Shown here: piece by piece, positions 12,189 through 16,274 of the stretch
Numbering within the stretch: the first letter of the stretch is position 1
How the letters are laid out: the number at the start of each line of letters is the position of its first letter
From: a virus
Lineage: Duplodnaviria > Heunggongvirae > Uroviricota > Caudoviricetes
Virus record (IMG/VR): IMGVR_UViG_2681813314_000019
DNA: 16,274 nt
Direction: 5' to 3' (one strand)
Program-made: the position numbers and the translations under genes
Notes under the pieces: generated by a model
What the model was told of the DNA's origin: nothing
Database searches by the model: none
Seen by the model: only the letters and a program-made list of their open reading frames with translations

Positions 12189-14474
12189 ATGAATCAGAAT
12201 CTGCTGGTGACAAAGCGCGACGGTAGCACAGAGCGCATCAATCTCGACAAAATCCATCGCGTTCTGGATTGGGCGGCAGAAGGACTGCATAACGTTTCGA
12301 TTTCCCAGGTCGAGCTGCGCTCCCACATTCAGTTTTATGACGGTATCAAGACCTCTGACATCCACGAAACCATTATCAAGGCGGCCGCAGACCTGATCTC
12401 CCGTGATGCGCCGGATTATCAGTATCTCGCCGCGCGCCTGGCGATCTTCCACCTGCGTAAAAAAGCCTACGGCCAGTTTGAGCCGCCTGCGCTGTACGAC
12501 CACGTGGTGAAAATGGTCGAGATGGGCAAATACGATAATCATCTGCTGGAAGACTACACGGAAGAAGAGTTCAAGCAGATGGACACGTTTATCGATCACG
12601 ACCGTGATATGACCTTCTCTTATGCTGCCGTTAAGCAGCTGGAAGGCAAATATCTGGTACAGAACCGCGTGACCGGCGAAATCTACGAAAGCGCCCAGTT
12701 CCTTTATATTCTGGTTGCCGCGTGCCTGTTCTCGAACTACCCGCGTGAAACGCGCCTGCAATATGTGAAGCGTTTTTACGACGCGGTTTCCACATTTAAA
12801 ATTTCGCTGCCGACGCCAATCATGTCCGGCGTGCGTACCCCGACTCGTCAGTTCAGCTCCTGCGTACTGATCGAGTGCGGTGACAGTCTGGATTCCATCA
12901 ACGCTACCTCCAGCGCGATTGTGAAATACGTTTCCCAGCGTGCCGGGATCGGCATCAACGCCGGGCGTATTCGTGCACTGGGTAGCCCGATTCGCGGTGG
13001 TGAAGCGTTCCATACCGGCTGTATTCCGTTCTACAAACATTTCCAGACAGCGGTGAAATCCTGCTCTCAGGGCGGCGTGCGCGGCGGTGCGGCAACGCTG
13101 TTCTACCCGATGTGGCATCTGGAAGTGGAAAGCCTGCTGGTGTTGAAAAACAACCGTGGTGTGGAAGGCAACCGCGTGCGCCATATGGACTACGGGGTAC
13201 AGATCAACAAACTGATGTATACCCGCCTGCTGAAAGGTGAAGATATCACCCTGTTCAGCCCGTCCGACGTACCGGGGCTGTACGACGCATTCTTCGCCGA
13301 TCAGGAAGAGTTTGAACGCCTGTATACCAAATATGAGAAAGACGACAGCATCCGCAAGCAGCGTGTGAAAGCCGTTGAGCTGTTCTCGCTGATGATGCAG
13401 GAACGTGCGTCTACCGGTCGTATCTATATTCAGAACGTTGACCACTGCAATACCCATAGCCCGTTTGATCCGGCCATCGCGCCAGTGCGTCAGTCTAACC
13501 TGTGCCTGGAGATAGCCCTGCCGACCAAACCGCTGAACGACGTCAACGACGAGAACGGTGAAATCGCGCTGTGTACGCTGTCTGCTTTCAACCTGGGCGC
13601 AATTAATAGCCTGGATGAACTGGAAGAGCTGGCAATTCTGGCGGTTCGTGCACTTGACGCGCTGCTGGATTATCAGGATTACCCGATCCCGGCCGCCAAA
13701 CGTGGAGCGATGGGTCGTCGTACGCTGGGTATTGGTGTGATCAACTTCGCTTACTACCTGGCGAAGCACGGTGTGCGTTACTCCGACGGCAGCGCCAACA
13801 ACCTGACGCATAAAACCTTCGAAGCGATTCAGTATTACCTGCTGAAAGCGTCTAACGAGCTGGCAAAAGAGCAAGGCGCGTGCCCGTGGTTTAACGAAAC
13901 CACTTACGCGAAAGGGATCCTGCCGATCGATACCTATAAGAAAGATCTGGATACCATCGCTAATGAGCCGCTGCATTACGACTGGGAAGCATTGCGTGAA
14001 TCAATCAAAACGCACGGCCTGCGTAACTCCACGCTTTCTGCCCTGATGCCGTCAGAGACTTCTTCACAGATCTCTAACGCCACTAACGGTATTGAACCGC
14101 CGCGCGGTTACGTCAGCATCAAAGCGTCGAAAGACGGTATTTTGCGCCAGGTGGTGCCGGACTACGAGCACCTGCACGACGCCTATGAGCTGCTGTGGGA
14201 AATGCCGGGTAACGATGGCTACCTGCAACTGGTAGGTATCATGCAGAAATTTATCGATCAGTCGATCTCTGCTAACACCAACTACGATCCGTCACGTTTC
14301 CCGTCAGGAAAAGTGCCGATGCAGCAGTTGCTGAAAGACCTGCTCACCGCCTACAAATTCGGGGTCAAAACGCTGTATTATCAGAACACCCGTGACGGCG
14401 CTGAAGACGCGCAGGACGATCTGGTACCGTCAATCCAGGACGATGGCTGCGAAAGCGGCGCATGTAAGATCTGA
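12189..14474 (+). CDS. nrdA: Class Ia ribonucleotide reductase alpha subunit NrdA (761 aa)
   Basis: The full-length product begins MNQNLLVTKRDGSTERINLDKIHRVLDWAAEGL... and includes the ATP-cone, the active-site Cys/Glu/Asn region (NLCLEIALP) and the C-terminal redox cysteines (...DDGCESGACKI). Confidence 0.98.
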   Translation: MNQNLLVTKRDGSTERINLDKIHRVLDWAAEGLHNVSISQVELRSHIQFYDGIKTSDIHETIIKAAADLISRDAPDYQYLAARLAIFHLRKKAYGQFEPPALYDHVVKMVEMGKYDNHLLEDYTEEEFKQMDTFIDHDRDMTFSYAAVKQLEGKYLVQNRVTGEIYESAQFLYILVAACLFSNYPRETRLQYVKRFYDAVSTFKISLPTPIMSGVRTPTRQFSSCVLIECGDSLDSINATSSAIVKYVSQRAGIGINAGRIRALGSPIRGGEAFHTGCIPFYKHFQTAVKSCSQGGVRGGAATLFYPMWHLEVESLLVLKNNRGVEGNRVRHMDYGVQINKLMYTRLLKGEDITLFSPSDVPGLYDAFFADQEEFERLYTKYEKDDSIRKQRVKAVELFSLMMQERASTGRIYIQNVDHCNTHSPFDPAIAPVRQSNLCLEIALPTKPLNDVNDENGEIALCTLSAFNLGAINSLDELEELAILAVRALDALLDYQDYPIPAAKRGAMGRRTLGIGVINFAYYLAKHGVRYSDGSANNLTHKTFEAIQYYLLKASNELAKEQGACPWFNETTYAKGILPIDTYKKDLDTIANEPLHYDWEALRESIKTHGLRNSTLSALMPSETSSQISNATNGIEPPRGYVSIKASKDGILRQVVPDYEHLHDAYELLWEMPGNDGYLQLVGIMQKFIDQSISANTNYDPSRFPSGKVPMQQLLKDLLTAYKFGVKTLYYQNTRDGAEDAQDDLVPSIQDDGCESGACKI

Positions 14475-14502
14475 TAATCCCCCAGCCTTTGCACCAAACC
14501 GT

Positions 14503-14539
14503 CCCCTCTCCCCTTGCGGGAGAGGGTTAGGGTGAGGGG
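14503..14539 (+). repeat. GC-rich inverted repeat / stem-loop in the nrdA-nrdB intergenic spacer
   Basis: CCCTCTCCC (14504-14512) pairs with GGGAGAGGG (14518-14526) around a 5-nt loop, followed by GTTAGGGTGAGGGG. No U-tract follows, so it is unlikely to be a strong intrinsic terminator. It is more likely an RNA processing or stability element, or a boxC-like repeat. Confidence 0.45.
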
Positions 14540-14562
14540 TAATAAAACCACAGGACACACTC

Positions 14563-15693
14563 ATGGCATATACCACCTTTTCACAGACGAAAAATGATCA
14601 GCTCAAAGAACCGATGTTCTTTGGTCAGCCGGTCAACGTGGCTCGCTACGATCAGCAAAAATATGACATCTTCGAAAAGCTGATCGAAAAGCAGCTCTCT
14701 TTCTTCTGGCGTCCGGAAGAAGTTGACGTTTCTCGCGACCGTATCGATTACCAGGCACTGCCTGAACACGAAAAACACATCTTTATCAGCAACCTGAAAT
14801 ATCAGACGCTGCTGGATTCCATTCAGGGCCGTAGCCCGAACGTGGCACTGCTGCCGCTGATCTCGATCCCGGAACTGGAGACCTGGGTCGAAACCTGGGC
14901 GTTCTCAGAAACGATTCATTCCCGTTCCTATACTCATATCATTCGTAATATCGTTAACGATCCGTCTGTTGTGTTTGACGATATCGTCACCAACGAGCAG
15001 ATCCAGAAACGTGCGGAAGGGATCTCCAGCTATTACGATGAGCTGATCGAAATGACCAGCTACTGGCATCTGCTGGGCGAAGGCACCCACACCGTTAACG
15101 GTAAAACTGTGACCGTTAGCCTGCGCGAGCTGAAGAAAAAACTGTATCTCTGCCTGATGAGCGTTAACGCGCTGGAAGCGATTCGTTTCTACGTCAGCTT
15201 TGCTTGTTCCTTCGCATTTGCAGAACGCGAATTGATGGAAGGCAACGCCAAAATTATTCGCCTGATTGCCCGCGACGAAGCCCTGCACCTGACCGGCACC
15301 CAGCATATGCTGAATCTGCTGCGCAGCGGCGCGGACGATCCTGAGATGGCGGAAATTGCCGAAGAGTGTAAGCAGGAGTGCTATGACCTGTTTGTTCAGG
15401 CAGCTCAACAGGAGAAAGACTGGGCGGATTATCTGTTCCGCGACGGTTCGATGATTGGTCTGAATAAAGACATTCTCTGCCAGTACGTTGAATACATCAC
15501 CAATATCCGTATGCAGGCAGTCGGTTTGGATCTGCCGTTCCAGACGCGCTCCAACCCGATCCCATGGATCAACACCTGGCTGGTGTCTGATAACGTGCAG
15601 GTTGCTCCGCAGGAAGTGGAAGTCAGTTCTTATCTGGTCGGGCAGATTGACGCGGAAGTGGACACCGACGATTTGAGTAACTTCCAACTCTGA
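14563..15693 (+). CDS. nrdB: Class Ia ribonucleotide reductase beta subunit NrdB (376 aa)
   Basis: The product begins [55 protein letters not shown]..., carries the di-iron/tyrosyl-radical ligand motifs and ends ...DDLSNFQL. An AGGA RBS sits 7 nt upstream. Confidence 0.98.
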   Translation: MAYTTFSQTKNDQLKEPMFFGQPVNVARYDQQKYDIFEKLIEKQLSFFWRPEEVDVSRDRIDYQALPEHEKHIFISNLKYQTLLDSIQGRSPNVALLPLISIPELETWVETWAFSETIHSRSYTHIIRNIVNDPSVVFDDIVTNEQIQKRAEGISSYYDELIEMTSYWHLLGEGTHTVNGKTVTVSLRELKKKLYLCLMSVNALEAIRFYVSFACSFAFAERELMEGNAKIIRLIARDEALHLTGTQHMLNLLRSGADDPEMAEIAEECKQECYDLFVQAAQQEKDWADYLFRDGSMIGLNKDILCQYVEYITNIRMQAVGLDLPFQTRSNPIPWINTWLVSDNVQVAPQEVEVSSYLVGQIDAEVDTDDLSNFQL

Positions 15694-15947
15694 TGGCCCG
15701 CGTTACCCTGCGCATCACTGGCACACAACTGCTGTGCCAGGATGAACACCCTTCCCTTCTGGCGGCGCTGGAATCCCACAATGTGGCGGTTGAGTATCAG
15801 TGTCGCGAAGGTTACTGCGGCTCCTGTCGCACCCGTCTGGTTGCAGGTCAGGTTGACTGGATTGCCGAACCGTTAGCCTTTATTCAGCCGGGGGAAATTT
15901 TGCCCTGTTGTTGCCGGGCAAAAGGCGATATTGAAATCGAGATGTGA
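15693..15947 (+). CDS. yfaE: 2Fe-2S ferredoxin YfaE (84 aa), NrdB cofactor-maintenance protein
   Basis: The product [84 protein letters not shown] has the Cys pattern of plant-type ferredoxins. Its start overlaps the nrdB stop (TGATG). Confidence 0.93.
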   Translation: MARVTLRITGTQLLCQDEHPSLLAALESHNVAVEYQCREGYCGSCRTRLVAGQVDWIAEPLAFIQPGEILPCCCRAKGDIEIEM

Positions 15948-15954
15948 ATTGGTT

Positions 15955-15996
15955 GTAGTGCCAGATACAACGCTTATGCGTCTTATCTGGCCTACA
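15955..15996. repeat. REP palindrome downstream of yfaE, between convergent yfaE and inaA
   Basis: TGTAGTGCCAGATACAACGCTTATGCGTCTTATCTGGCCTACA is an imperfect palindrome of the REP family (GCCAGATA...TATCTGGC stem). Confidence 0.65.
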
Positions 15997-16000
15997 ACGA

Positions 16001-16194
16001 TTACATGGCGTAGTAATACGCTTTCACCTGCTCCCAGTCCGCTTTGGGGATTGGCTCCAGATATTTTTCCAGCTGGCGGAAGTCATGATTAATCGCTTTA
16101 TCGCGACGCAAGCGGCGACGACTTTTCTCCAGGTCAAGAAAACCAGCTTCTGCATTACCTTCTGTTTTCACATAGATATGGCGAACATAACAAC
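16001..16194 (-). pseudogene. inaA: inaA 3' fragment (C-terminal ~64 codons), 5' part displaced by the IS629-like insertion
   Basis: The minus-strand frame is open from the IS boundary to the stop at 16003-16001 and encodes ...HIYVKTEGNAEAGFLDLEKSRRRLRRDKAINHDFRQLEKYLEPIPKADWEQVKAYYYAM*. It occupies the position of inaA, convergent with yfaE as in E. coli. There is no start codon in the window; the reading frame runs straight into the IS terminal repeat at 16195. Confidence 0.6.
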
Positions 16195-16274
16195 TGAACC
16201 GCCCCGGGAATCCTGGAGACTAAACTTCCTGAGAAAGAGGTAAACAGGATGACTAAAAATACTCGTTTTTCCCC
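16195..16274 (+). mobile_element. IS629-like (IS3 family) insertion sequence, left end only; continues beyond the right edge of the window
   Basis: The terminal sequence TGAACCGCCCCGGGAATCCTGGAGACTAAACTTCCTGAGAAAGAGGTAAACAGG is followed by an ATG at 16249, matching the IS629/IS1203 left end as I recall it. Confidence 0.75.
16249..16274 (+). CDS. IS3-family transposase OrfA, N-terminal fragment (3' partial in window)
   Basis: Translation gives MTKNTRFSP..., the N-terminus of IS629-group OrfA. A GAGG RBS lies upstream. Confidence 0.7.

Noticed and set aside
12099-13976. 625-aa ORF on the minus strand
   Set aside because: It lies entirely antisense to nrdA, whose identity is unambiguous. It is a frame shadow of a high-GC-third-position gene, and its product is low-complexity (R/Q/V/F-rich) with no recognisable motifs.
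14503-14539. Intrinsic terminator between nrdA and nrdB
   Set aside because: The GC-rich hairpin is not followed by a T-tract (the sequence continues GTTAGGGTGAGGGG), and nrdA and nrdB are known to be co-transcribed. I kept it only as a stem-loop or repeat.
14905-15687. 260-aa minus-strand ORF
   Set aside because: It is antisense to nrdB, which is clearly the real gene on the plus strand.

Overview
This window is Escherichia/Shigella-type chromosomal DNA covering the conserved block yfaT-yfaA-gyrA / ubiG / yfaL / nrdA-nrdB-yfaE, bracketed by insertion sequences. At the left is the end of an IS600-like element (1-119), followed by a lambda-type xis-int integration module (413-1679) whose attachment site appears to lie in the 3' end of yfaT. 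At the right, an IS629-like element (16195 onward) has cut off the 5' part of inaA. All large ORFs are recognisable housekeeping or known accessory genes, and the long ORFs antisense to gyrA, yfaL, nrdA and nrdB are frame shadows. I do not see a convincing previously undescribed multi-gene system here. The most notable points are a GCG (Ala) codon at GyrA position 83 in the quinolone-resistance region, the orphan but apparently intact int/xis module cut off by IS600, and the IS-disrupted inaA; the IS600/IS629 content suggests a Shigella or IS-rich E. coli background. Gene and element identities rest on my recall of the protein and IS-end sequences, not on a database search.
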